Part shown: positions 1 through 7,808 of the stretch, in pieces | How positions within the stretch are numbered: position 1 is the stretch's first letter | Layout: every line of letters starts with the position of its first letter | Source: a virus | Lineage: Duplodnaviria; Caudoviricetes | DNA length: 24,140 nt | Direction: 5' to 3' (one strand) | IMG/VR virus record: IMGVR_UViG_3300031452_000018 | Span: 1-24,140 of that record | Program-made: the position numbers and the translations under genes | Notes under the pieces: model-generated | The model's database searches: none | Told to the model about the DNA's origin: nothing | Seen by the model: the letters and a program-made list of their open reading frames with translations, nothing else

Positions 1-28
1 TCGAGAGCCTCGTCGACAAGCGTTGCCT

Positions 29-295
29 CTACCTTGCCCAACAGCGCGACACCATCAGGTCTCGTACATCGTTCCACTGGTGGCCCAAAACCATAAAACA
101 GAGCTGATCAACCGGAAACCGTATGACTGGCCGCAGTGTGACCGTGCCGGCTTCGCCGGGCAGGCGGACCATCGATCCATCATCGAACGGAATCACCGTA
201 CTGCCCGCGCTCAGGTTATCGTAATCTCGCTGCGCCGCAGCGAGCCCGCCGGGCATCCTTGGTGCCGCACCAGTGGCAGCCCCATTTGTAGCCAT
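29..295 (-). pseudogene. Remnant of a toxin C-terminal domain paralogous to the P3 tip (17628-18287)
   Basis: GGLAAAQRDYDNLSAGSTVIPFDDGSMVRLPGEAGTVTLRPV matches GGLSAAQRDYDYLSAGGTAAPFDDGSMVRLPGEAGTVTLRPV at ~17700-17825. Similarity stops at both ends, so the final IDVN..RKLHY segment is missing. Confidence 0.75.
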
Positions 296-303
296 CGGCG
301 CTA

Positions 304-534
304 TTATTCATCATATGTTCTTTTTGCAACCAATATAGGGCCAAAACTGCTGCACTTTTCTTCGCATACAACAACACTGCCTGGTATAAATTCCCATTTC
401 TCATCCTCAAGGTCATAATCATCCGTCGGCATGACCATAAAGACATTGTTCCCCAAATTTACTCCTTGCGTTGGTCTCGAAACGTCGGTTCCTTCCTCTA
501 ACAATGGAATGTATATAGTCTGGCTAGTGGTCAA
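304..534 (-). CDS. Putative immunity protein for cassette P6 (76 aa)
   Basis: Small, acidic, AT-rich ORF. Its TTG start overlaps the apparent ancestral end (TAG 524-526) of the upstream toxin tip. Confidence 0.7.
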   Translation of the reverse strand: MTTSQTIYIPLLEEGTDVSRPTQGVNLGNNVFMVMPTDDYDLEDEKWEFIPGSVVVCEEKCSSFGPILVAKRTYDE

Positions 535-1450
535 AATAATCCCCTCCGAGTTAAATGACCTCGCCTGTCTCAGTGTCTATGACGATTGACCTACCATTTT
601 GTGGGTGCACGTATCTAGTCGCGCCGTTTTCTGGGTTGATGCGGTTTGAAGCGGGAACGCTCCTTCCGCCCGCGATGGCTTCCTCGACCTCCTCAGGCGT
701 CCACCCTCGTTTGTTCATCTGATTGAGCCATTTTTGCGTTGATTTGGGTCCGGCGAACCCCCGTGTCACCCTCGCGAGATCCTGCATGATCAGGTTCGGT
801 GCTTCAGCCTCAGCCGGCGTCGGCGGGTGAGTCGGATGCGGATCGCTTGCTCCAGTTGGCGGCTTCGTCTCGTCGCTTCCCTCCGGCCACCACCGCCGCG
901 CGAGGCGCTCCGCGGCGCTGGCCAGCGCACCGAGCATGCGGGCAAGGGCGCGGGCACGCGGCCTGAAGGCCATGGGCGTGACCGGTGTTCCATCCGGCGC
1001 GTGAGGACCCTCAGCGGCTTCAACTCGCGAGATCGTGGGCGATGAAGAAAGCGCTGATCCCTCGCCGCCCCCGCTCGTCCATCGACCATCCGGATCGCGG
1101 GGCTGAGTCAGGTAGGCGGCGGAGCCGGACGGCACGGCGAACGCGTCGGCGGCTTCGCAGGCATCCGACGCGGTTACTCCCGCCGCACCAACTGTCGTCG
1201 CCGAAAAGATCCCCTCCGCACCCGGGTAGGTCCCGTCTTCGATCAGCTGCGCCTCGACGAGCCGTGCCGTGACATCCGCGGGCCACAGCCCGAGCCCCGC
1301 ATAGACCTGCGCGGCCTGCGCCTTGCTGAGCGCGACCGTCGCCTTCGTGGTGGCATCGAGCTGCCACAGCGGCCGGAATTCGAAGGTGAGCCGCGCCGGG
1401 TCGATGCCCTCCGAGCGCAGGATCAGCCGGTCGAGCTAGGGCCGGAGGTT
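524..1450 (-). pseudogene. Cassette P6: 5'-truncated portal fragment fused to a colicin E5-like RNase tip (orphan CT cassette)
   Basis: Frame open from 1435 to 551: LDRLILRSEGIDPARLTFEFRPLWQLDATTKA...YLTQPRDPDGRWT...KWLNQMNKRGWTPEEVEEAI...ATRYVHPQNGRSIVIDTETGEVI. No portal N-terminus. The TAA at 551-553 is followed in frame by LGGDYFDH and TAG. Confidence 0.8.
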
Positions 1451-1478
1451 GGCATATCCTAATGTTCGTCGTTTTCTG

Positions 1479-1805
1479 CTAATCTAATCGCGCATAGGAC
1501 CGGGCGTTATTCCATGCAATCGCAACTTGATTAGTTATGTCGTAATGGGGAGCCATATCCACCAGGTTTTGCATTATGACGTCGACTGTGTAGGTCGTCC
1601 TGCTACCGAACACGATCGACTCGATGAACGGAATTATCATGTGATTAATTTGATTAATTCCAATCAGTCGGTGGATCATATTGTCTGCTGGTGTCGTATA
1701 AATATCTCTTACCCCCATTGTGAGATGGTACAGGAATGAACTCAAAACTCTCGCCTGCGTAGAAGGTGGGGAGCCTGCAAGCTCCAACATGCTGATTTCA
1801 CTCAC
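1479..1805 (-). CDS. Putative immunity protein for P5 (108 aa)
   Basis: AT-rich ORF starting 14 nt after the P5 stop, with GGAG upstream of the GTG start. Confidence 0.75.
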   Translation of the reverse strand: MSEISMLELAGSPPSTQARVLSSFLYHLTMGVRDIYTTPADNMIHRLIGINQINHMIIPFIESIVFGSRTTYTVDVIMQNLVDMAPHYDITNQVAIAWNNARSYARLD

Positions 1806-1819
1806 GACAGCAGCTCCAT

Positions 1820-3592
1820 CTATTCAAGGATCGGCTTGTCCGGCGGTAGTCGGCCGCCGCCGTCGCCGGGCTCATCAAAGGGGTTGATGTGCAGAGTTCT
1901 CGGCAAGCCGTCGACCGGATAACCGCGATCTTGGAGAACTTTCAACCGAGTGTTCCCGTTCATGACCCGCCCATCCGGGGTTACCCTTAAAGGCTCTTCC
2001 GGATTCTCCCTGAAGCTCTTCACGATGTCATCAGTTGTTTGCTTCTGCCAGAATTCCAGAGAGCGTTCTGCCTGAGAATCGGTTTCGTAGGTGCTGTCCG
2101 GGTGAATTCGCCGAAGCGGAGGATCGGCACCTGCAACTCGGAGGACATGCGGCGCACTTGGAGCCGAACAGGAGCCGCCGCCTCCACCGCCTATCACTGT
2201 CCATCGCCCATCCGGATCGCGGGGCTGAGTCAGGTAGCCAGCGGAATCGGACGGCACGGGTAAGGCGTCGGTGGTGCTGCTGGAATCTTTTACCCCGTTC
2301 GCCTCCGCGCCTCCCACACCCGCAAAGGTCGCCGCGGCATTCGGATAGACCCCGTCCTCGATCAGTTGCGTCCCGACGAGCCGGGCCGTGACATCCGCGG
2401 GCCACAGCTCGAGCCCCGCATAGATCTGCGTGGCTTGCGCCTTGCTGAGCGCCACCGTCGCCTTCGTGGTGGCATCGAGCTGCCACAGCGGCCGGAATTC
2501 GAAGGTGAGCGCCGCCGGGTCGATCCCCTCGGAGCGCAGGATCAGCCGGTCGAGCCGCTCCAGCTGCGGGCGGAGGTCGATCTCCTGGCGAGCCGAGATC
2601 ATGTCGTAGTAGTTGCGCGTGTCGCTGTCGCCAGTCGCCGACAGGCCCGCGGGCGACTGGCCGAGCAGCCGCGTCACCGGGATGTCGGCCGCACCCGCCG
2701 CCACCTGCAGGAAGGTGCGGACCATCTCGGGCAGGCCGGCAAAGTCGACCCGTTGCCTGGCCCAGGTCTCGCCGTCGCCGAGCAAGAGCAGGTTGTTGAT
2801 CGATTTCATGGCGGCCGCGTAGGCGAACCGCGCCGACAGCTGCGCCGTGGTGTCGGCGGAGGACAGGTGCTCGGAGAGGTTCGGCACCGTGACGACGTCG
2901 ACCTTGGCCTCGTGCATCAGGCTCGTGGCGCCGGCCGTGGTCAGCGCCACGGCATGGACCGCGTCGTAGAGCGCCAGCAGCACGCTGTCCGACCAGACCG
3001 AGGCCCCCAGGCTCGGGTCGGGCCAGGCGTTGCCGAGGAAGCGCACCACGCGCGAGGGGTGCAGCCGCAAGGCGCCGCGCTCGGGCGCCACGACGTCATA
3101 AGCTACGGCCTCGCCGAACCAGGGGCTCAGGGGATCGCGGTCGATTGCCGGGGCCGCGAGCTGCCAACGGCTGACCGCGTGCAGGAATTTCAGACCGCCG
3201 CGCGGCAGCGTCTCGGGGTCGAGCGGGCGGGCCAGCGCGGCCGGGTCGGTCTCGCCCGTGCCGATGATGATGGCGCCGCCGCCGTAGAGCCGCCCCAGCA
3301 CCAGCGCCCGCTGCAGCGCCTTGCGCAGCCCGAGCCGGCGCTCGGCGGCCTCGACCCGGGCCACGTCCTCCCGGTGCCCCGACCACGCGCGCCATTCGCG
3401 CACCATGTCGTAGGGCACGATGTCGACGACCTTGCGGGCCAGCCAGTCGCCCCGGTACATGGCCTCGATCTGCCCCCGGTCGAGGTCGAACAGCACGAAG
3501 CTGTCGTAAGCCGCCTTGTCCTTGCCGGCGCCCAGCGAGGCCGCGAGGTTCGACAGGCTGTCGCGCACGCCCGCCGTGAAGGATGGAGGCAT
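1820..3592 (-). CDS. P5: DUF1073/HI1409-type portal fused to a ParB/Srx-like toxin tip (590 aa)
   Basis: Start MPPSFTAGVRDSL at 3592, matching P2 and P4. Portal motifs YRGDWLARKVVD, RLYGGG, LHPSRVVRF, IPVTRLLGQSPAGLSATGDSDTRNYYD. Then QPRDPDGRWT (2198-2227) and a tip with PLRVTPDGRVMNGNTRLKVL, resembling the ParB/Srx (D/N)G(H/N)xR motif. Confidence 0.85.
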   Translation of the reverse strand: MPPSFTAGVRDSLSNLAASLGAGKDKAAYDSFVLFDLDRGQIEAMYRGDWLARKVVDIVPYDMVREWRAWSGHREDVARVEAAERRLGLRKALQRALVLGRLYGGGAIIIGTGETDPAALARPLDPETLPRGGLKFLHAVSRWQLAAPAIDRDPLSPWFGEAVAYDVVAPERGALRLHPSRVVRFLGNAWPDPSLGASVWSDSVLLALYDAVHAVALTTAGATSLMHEAKVDVVTVPNLSEHLSSADTTAQLSARFAYAAAMKSINNLLLLGDGETWARQRVDFAGLPEMVRTFLQVAAGAADIPVTRLLGQSPAGLSATGDSDTRNYYDMISARQEIDLRPQLERLDRLILRSEGIDPAALTFEFRPLWQLDATTKATVALSKAQATQIYAGLELWPADVTARLVGTQLIEDGVYPNAAATFAGVGGAEANGVKDSSSTTDALPVPSDSAGYLTQPRDPDGRWTVIGGGGGGSCSAPSAPHVLRVAGADPPLRRIHPDSTYETDSQAERSLEFWQKQTTDDIVKSFRENPEEPLRVTPDGRVMNGNTRLKVLQDRGYPVDGLPRTLHINPFDEPGDGGGRLPPDKPILE

Positions 3593-3627
3593 GGCGGCTC
3601 GCAGGATGGGAGGGAGGGACCGGCATG

Positions 3628-3740
3628 TCACACCACGCCGAGCAGCCGGTAGTCGGAGCGCCGCACGGCTTCGAGCGCGTAGCGCAGGCGTCGATGACGT
3701 GGTTGTGGCGATCGTCGAGCAGGGGGTAGTCGCCGCCGTG
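3628..3740 (-). pseudogene. 3' remnant of a second large terminase gene
   Basis: Encodes LDDRHNHVIDA / LRYALEAVRRSDYRLLGVV* with a 1-nt deletion, versus LEDRHDHVIDALRYALEAVRRADYRLLDVV* ending at 21051. Confidence 0.8.
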
Positions 3741-3790
3741 GACGACCGGCTTAAAGCGGCTATATCGGTAGCCAGAGGTGGAGCCGGGTC

Positions 3791-4039
3791 ATGACCGCCT
3801 ACAGCGTCGCCGAAGCCAAGAACACGCTTCCCAAGCTGATCGATCGGGCGCTCGAGGGCGAAGAGGTGGTGATCACGCGCCACGGCAAAGCGGTCGCCGA
3901 ACTGAGATCGTTGCCGTCGCGCCCGGCCGCACCGACCGCGACCTACGCTTGGCTGCGCACCCGCCGACAAGCCCGCCCTCGCGTCGGCTTGACCTCCGTC
4001 GAGGCCCTGGAGCGCCTGTACGAGGCCGAAGCGTCGTGA
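3791..4039 (+). CDS. Type II TA antitoxin, Phd/YefM family (82 aa)
   Basis: YSVAEAKNTLPKLIDRALEGEEVVITRHGKAVAEL is a typical Phd/YefM N-terminus. GGAG RBS upstream. Confidence 0.92.
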   Translation: MTAYSVAEAKNTLPKLIDRALEGEEVVITRHGKAVAELRSLPSRPAAPTATYAWLRTRRQARPRVGLTSVEALERLYEAEAS

Positions 4040-4153
4040 GCGCCTGTCGCGATTGCTCGGCGTCTCGACGTCACCCTCGCTACATTGGACCGGCGCTTGG
4101 CGATTCCCGCCCGGGAACTCGGCGTCGTGGTCGACGAACTCGACGCCGTTTAG
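4036..4153 (+). pseudogene. Internally deleted VapC/PIN toxin
   Basis: A GTG overlaps the antitoxin stop (GTGA). After a few codons and a frame change the sequence reads AIARRLDVTLATLDRRLAIPARELGV..., a PIN-domain C-terminus. Only 118 nt remain. Confidence 0.7.
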
Positions 4154-4584
4154 CCCCGCCCCTCCGGCCAGCCGAACCCCGCCGCGAGGTGGCGCCGCCA
4201 CCAGCCGTCGAACGCCACCTCGCGCACGCGGTCGCGCGATTGCGCGTGGATCATGCGTCCATCGTCGGACAGGATGGCGGCGTGCTTGACCGGGCACCCC
4301 GGCCGCAGCCGGAACAACGCCACGTCGCCCGGCCCCACCTCCTCCAGCGCAACCGGAAGCAGGTGCCGCCGCGCCGCGTCGAGCATGTGCTCGACGGCAC
4401 CGACCTCGCCCCAGTCGGGCGTGTAGGGCGGCGGCTCCTCGGGCTCGGCGCCGTAGAGGTCGCGCCACACGCCGCGGACGAGGCCGAGGCAATCGCAACC
4501 GGCGCCGCGGAGCGCCGCCTGATGGTGATAGGGCGTGCCGATATAGCGGCGCGCCGCCGCCACGATGACTTGACGGTCGATCAT
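4150..4584 (-). CDS. NlpC/P60 phage cell-wall peptidase (RcGTA g14-like, TIGR02219-type), 144 aa
   Basis: ARRYIGTPYHHQA..GCDCLGLVRGVWR..YTPDW..KHAAIL..MIHA. ATG at 4584 overlaps the upstream stop. Confidence 0.92.
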   Translation of the reverse strand: MIDRQVIVAAARRYIGTPYHHQAALRGAGCDCLGLVRGVWRDLYGAEPEEPPPYTPDWGEVGAVEHMLDAARRHLLPVALEEVGPGDVALFRLRPGCPVKHAAILSDDGRMIHAQSRDRVREVAFDGWWRRHLAAGFGWPEGRG

Positions 4585-5474
4585 GAGAACAGCGAGCCGC
4601 CGGTCGCCGCGAGCGCGCCCTGCACGCCGTAGCGCGTCACCGCGTCGGCGCCCGGGATGTGGGGGAAACCGCGGAAATTGGCGACGTTGTTGAACTTCGA
4701 CCTGCACACGGCCAGCGTCTTGCGGCAGCCCGCCACCACGGTGCCTGCGTCGCCCACGGCGGCCGGGAAGGGCGGCGGCAGCCAGAGTTCGAGCTGGTCG
4801 ATGCCGCTGGTGCGGCGGTGCGATTTCACTTCGAAGAGGATCGCGGCATTGGCGCCGCTCGCGAAGACGATCGTACCATCCGTGAACCAGTCGGACGCAT
4901 AGCCCGAAAGGCCGGCCGCCACGAGCACGCGGCCCGTGCCGCCGGAGGCCAACGTAACGGCGGCGCGAAACTGCGGCTGTGTCAGGTCGACCTTGCAGCG
5001 CGCATCGCCGAGCCTGGCCTCGCATTGGCGCGAATAGGTGGACCCGATCTTCTGGTTCAGGCGGTGGGCGAGCGCGCGCAGCTCGGCCGAGAAGGCCAGG
5101 CCCTCGCGCTTCACCTCGCCCAAGTTGCCGCTGGAGATCAGCACGAAGGTCGCGGGGTCGCTCCAGTCGACCCAGTAGAGGTCGACCGCCGCGTCGTCGT
5201 AGCGCCCCGCCAGGATGTCGGCTTCCGACAGGCCAGCACTCGATAGCGCCCCCGCGGCCGCCATGTTGTCGACCGCGAGGCCGAGCGACTGCTCGATGCG
5301 CGACGCCGTGAAACCCGAGCCGGCCTGGAAGGTGGTGCCGGCAGCCGTGACGTCGCGGTCGTGCTCGGTGAAACCCATGACCGTGCCGTCGTGGCGGGTC
5401 ACCCGCCAGCAATAGCACAACGTCGTGACGCCGCCCGACAGGTGCGCCTGCAGGGCGGGAGGAAGCGCTTTCAT
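4581..5474 (-). CDS. DUF2163 baseplate hub protein (RcGTA g13-like, TIGR02218-type), 297 aa
   Basis: TTLCYCWRVTRHDGTVMGFTEHDRD..CEARLGDARCKVDL..AGCRKTLAVCRSKFNNVANFRGFPHIPG. ATG at 5474. Confidence 0.92.
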   Translation of the reverse strand: MKALPPALQAHLSGGVTTLCYCWRVTRHDGTVMGFTEHDRDVTAAGTTFQAGSGFTASRIEQSLGLAVDNMAAAGALSSAGLSEADILAGRYDDAAVDLYWVDWSDPATFVLISSGNLGEVKREGLAFSAELRALAHRLNQKIGSTYSRQCEARLGDARCKVDLTQPQFRAAVTLASGGTGRVLVAAGLSGYASDWFTDGTIVFASGANAAILFEVKSHRRTSGIDQLELWLPPPFPAAVGDAGTVVAGCRKTLAVCRSKFNNVANFRGFPHIPGADAVTRYGVQGALAATGGSLFS

Positions 5475-6115
5475 GGCCGGATCTCGACGATCGGGATGTT
5501 GGGGATCTGCCCGGCCTCGAACCAGGCGAGGTCGGCCTCGAGGTAGTCGGTGTCGAAGCGCACCGGCACGTCGAACTCGAAGCCGGCCGTGATGGCGGCG
5601 CCGGCCGGCGGCACGTGGCCCGGCAGGAAGGTGACGAGGCCGCTGGTGGCGTCGGCCGTCCAGGCGAGCGCCGGGGCGACCGCTGCCCCACTCACTCCGA
5701 TCCGCACGGTGCCGGGCACGGGTTTGGCGATGGTCCGCGTATAGGGGGTCGGCAGGCCGGCGCCGTAGAGCTTCACGAGCTGGAAGGTCGCGGTGCGGCC
5801 GTCGCCCGTGCCGATCGCGACGTCGAGGGCGGTCGGGGTCTGGGGCGACGGGCAGGAGCGGTAGTCGAAACGGTCCTTCCAGCGGAAGCCGTAGAGCCGG
5901 CCGCGCTGGGCCTCGAAGAAGTCGCGCACGGCTTCGAGCTGGGCGAAGCTCTTCACGCCGTAGCCAGCCTGGTACTTGCGGCGGCCATCGGCCCAGACCG
6001 CGTTGCGCTCCTCGGCGCCCGAGCGCAGCGTGACGACGTCGGTGCGACGCTCCGGGCCGCCCCGGGCGCCGAGCGCCACGTCGGTCGGGAACCGCACCTC
6101 GTTGAAGCCCGCCAT
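5471..6115 (-). CDS. DUF2460 distal tail protein (RcGTA g12-like, TIGR02217-type), 214 aa
   Basis: FNEVRFP..GGPERRTDVV..SGAEERNAVW..FFEAQRGRLYGFRWKD..TAGFEFDVPVRFD. ATG at 6115. Confidence 0.92.
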   Translation of the reverse strand: MAGFNEVRFPTDVALGARGGPERRTDVVTLRSGAEERNAVWADGRRKYQAGYGVKSFAQLEAVRDFFEAQRGRLYGFRWKDRFDYRSCPSPQTPTALDVAIGTGDGRTATFQLVKLYGAGLPTPYTRTIAKPVPGTVRIGVSGAAVAPALAWTADATSGLVTFLPGHVPPAGAAITAGFEFDVPVRFDTDYLEADLAWFEAGQIPNIPIVEIRP

Positions 6116-7146
6116 CAGCCGTTCCTCCCACCGCGCCCGACCGCGCGGGCCAGCAGCGCCGCCATCTGGCTCTCGCTCCGCGCGAAGGAGGGCGCGTCGG
6201 GTGAGGTCACGTTGAAGTTGATCACCTGCGTGGCCCGGGGGCCGGCCCCCGGGCTCGGCATCTTGGCCCAGGGCGTCACGGCGGCCGGACCCGCCACGAC
6301 CTCGGCTCCCCGCTCGCCCACGATGCCCCACTGCCCGGCGCCGATCGTGCCGCCGTCGGCAAAAAGACCGGCGAAGCCGGATGCCCCGCCGCCGCCCGAC
6401 ACCGCTTTGGCCATGGCGCCGAAGATGCCCCCGGTCGCGCCGTCCTTGCCTTGCGTGCCGAACAGCGCCGCGAAGGGTCCGGCCCCCGTGAGCGTGGCCT
6501 GAAGGCCCTGGCGGGCCGTGCCGCGCAGCAGACTTGCCGCGACCTCGTTCAGGCGCGCGCCGTCGAGGATCAGGCTCTCGATGCCCCGCGCCGCCTGGGC
6601 CGCGCCGAAGCCGAAGGCCTGGTTCGTGGCGGCTTGGCTCGCCTTGAACTTGGCCTGGGCGGCCGTGGCGGCGTCGATCTGCCGGACGAGGTCGGCCACG
6701 CCCGCCCGCTCGGCCGCCGTGGCCTCCGTGCCGAGCTTGGCCTGCTCGGCCTCGATCTTCATGCGCTCGACGATGGCCGCGTGGGCGTCGCCGACCGTGT
6801 GCAGCAGAGCCAGCTGTTCGGACAGGCGCGTCATCACCTTGGCCGGATCGTCGTCGCGGTCGCCCGAGGTGTCGGGGATGGTCCGGCTCGCCAGCACCTG
6901 GGCCGTGGTGAGACCGGCCTGAACCTTGGCCACCGGCGAGGCGGCGGCCATTGCGGCGGCCTGCCGGGCCTGGAGCCCGGCCGCGGTGTCGAACGTGTGG
7001 CTCAGGCCGGCCGAGGTCGCGTCGGCCCAGGCGCCGGCCCGGCCCGCCAGCCGGTCGAGGGTGTGTCCGGCCGTGTCGGCGGCCCGCGTGAAGCCGGAGA
7101 AATCGGCCTCGAAGCCGAAGCTGAGGGCGCCCGCCTGTTCCGCCAT
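6115..7146 (-). CDS. Short tail tape measure protein (343 aa)
   Basis: Ala-rich helical ORF between the chaperones and DUF2460. C-terminus FADGG..IVGERGAEV..FNVTSPDAPSFARSESQMAALLARAVGRGGRN is GTA tape-measure-like. Confidence 0.85.
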   Translation of the reverse strand: MAEQAGALSFGFEADFSGFTRAADTAGHTLDRLAGRAGAWADATSAGLSHTFDTAAGLQARQAAAMAAASPVAKVQAGLTTAQVLASRTIPDTSGDRDDDPAKVMTRLSEQLALLHTVGDAHAAIVERMKIEAEQAKLGTEATAAERAGVADLVRQIDAATAAQAKFKASQAATNQAFGFGAAQAARGIESLILDGARLNEVAASLLRGTARQGLQATLTGAGPFAALFGTQGKDGATGGIFGAMAKAVSGGGGASGFAGLFADGGTIGAGQWGIVGERGAEVVAGPAAVTPWAKMPSPGAGPRATQVINFNVTSPDAPSFARSESQMAALLARAVGRGGRNG

Positions 7147-7149
7147 GCT

Positions 7150-7392
7150 CTACCCTCGCCTCTGCCAATCGCGGAACTCGGCGTCGAGCGCCTGGATCTG
7201 GTCGCGCGTCATCGCGCCCTCGTCGGGGTCGAGGCCCAGCACGAGACGGGAATAGCCCGCCCAGGCATCGGCGAAGCCGCGCCAGGAACAGCGCCAGAAT
7301 TCCTCCTCGGACCAGGTCAGGGCGCCGAGCGCGAAGCCTCGCCAGCGGCGCCAGTCGGCGAGCCGTCGCGGTCCGGCGCCATCGCGAAAGGG
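7150..7392 (-). CDS. Tail assembly chaperone C-terminal extension (gpGT-like), probably produced by -1 frameshift
   Basis: DWRRWRGFALGALTWSEEEFWRCSW...MTRDQIQALDAEFRD resembles alphaproteobacterial tail chaperones (LxWxxxxFW). No convincing independent start; lies in the -1 frame of the upstream chaperone. Confidence 0.75.
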   Translation of the reverse strand, partial: PFRDGAGPRRLADWRRWRGFALGALTWSEEEFWRCSWRGFADAWAGYSRLVLGLDPDEGAMTRDQIQALDAEFRDWQRRG

Positions 7393-7763
7393 CCGGCGCC
7401 CGGCGCCGCCTCCTCGGCGGCCGCGCCGGCCGGATTGCGCACGACCTCGAAGCCGAGCGCCGCCATCAGGGCCAACACGAAGGCTTCCGCCTCGACCGCG
7501 GCGGTGCGGGCCGCGAGCGCCTCGGCATCGGCACGGCCGATCGCCCCGAGTGCGCCGGCGATCAGCGCCATGCCGTCGGCGGCGCGGCGCCCGAACACGG
7601 CCTTGTTGATGGCCTCGACGATCGAAACGCCGCCGCATCGCTCCTCGATCAGCGCCACCGTGCCAAGGGTCGTGTCGAAGGCGACCCGTTGGCCCGCCAG
7701 CACGGCCGTGAACTCGCCGCGGAGGGTATTGGGGGCCGCGATCCTCGCGGCAGCGGCCGTCAT
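7317..7763 (-). CDS. Tail assembly chaperone (GTA gp10-like), 148 aa
   Basis: NTLRGEF..LAGQR..TLGTVALIEE motif. Positioned between tail tube and tape measure. Confidence 0.8.
   Translation of the reverse strand: MTAAAARIAAPNTLRGEFTAVLAGQRVAFDTTLGTVALIEERCGGVSIVEAINKAVFGRRAADGMALIAGALGAIGRADAEALAARTAAVEAEAFVLALMAALGFEVVRNPAGAAAEEAAPGAGPFAMAPDRDGSPTGAAGEASRSAP
7386..7392 (-). promoter_or_regulatory. Putative -1 ribosomal frameshift heptamer C CCT TTC
   Basis: X XXY YYZ pattern correctly phased in the chaperone ORF (GGC CCT TTC). A -1 slip gives CCC TTT CGC GAT (PFRD), the frame of the downstream chaperone domain. Confidence 0.7.
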
Positions 7764-7808
7764 GCCGGCGCTCGCTCTTCGAAGGGAGCGCTCGTCATGC
7801 CGGCGCTC
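7758..7808. repeat. 16-nt direct repeat CGTCATGCCGGCGCTC (7758-7773 and 7793-7808)
   Basis: Exact repeat read directly. Duplicates the stop/start junction between tail tube and chaperone. Confidence 0.85.

Noticed and set aside
1-125. Possible further immunity or antitoxin remnant at the left edge
   Set aside because: Too short and cut by the window edge to support a call.
3593-4498. N-terminal 302-aa extension of the 892-aa ORF 1820-4498
   Set aside because: It runs through NlpC/P60 in another frame, the antisense TA locus and the terL remnant. Paralogs place the true start at MPPSF (3592).
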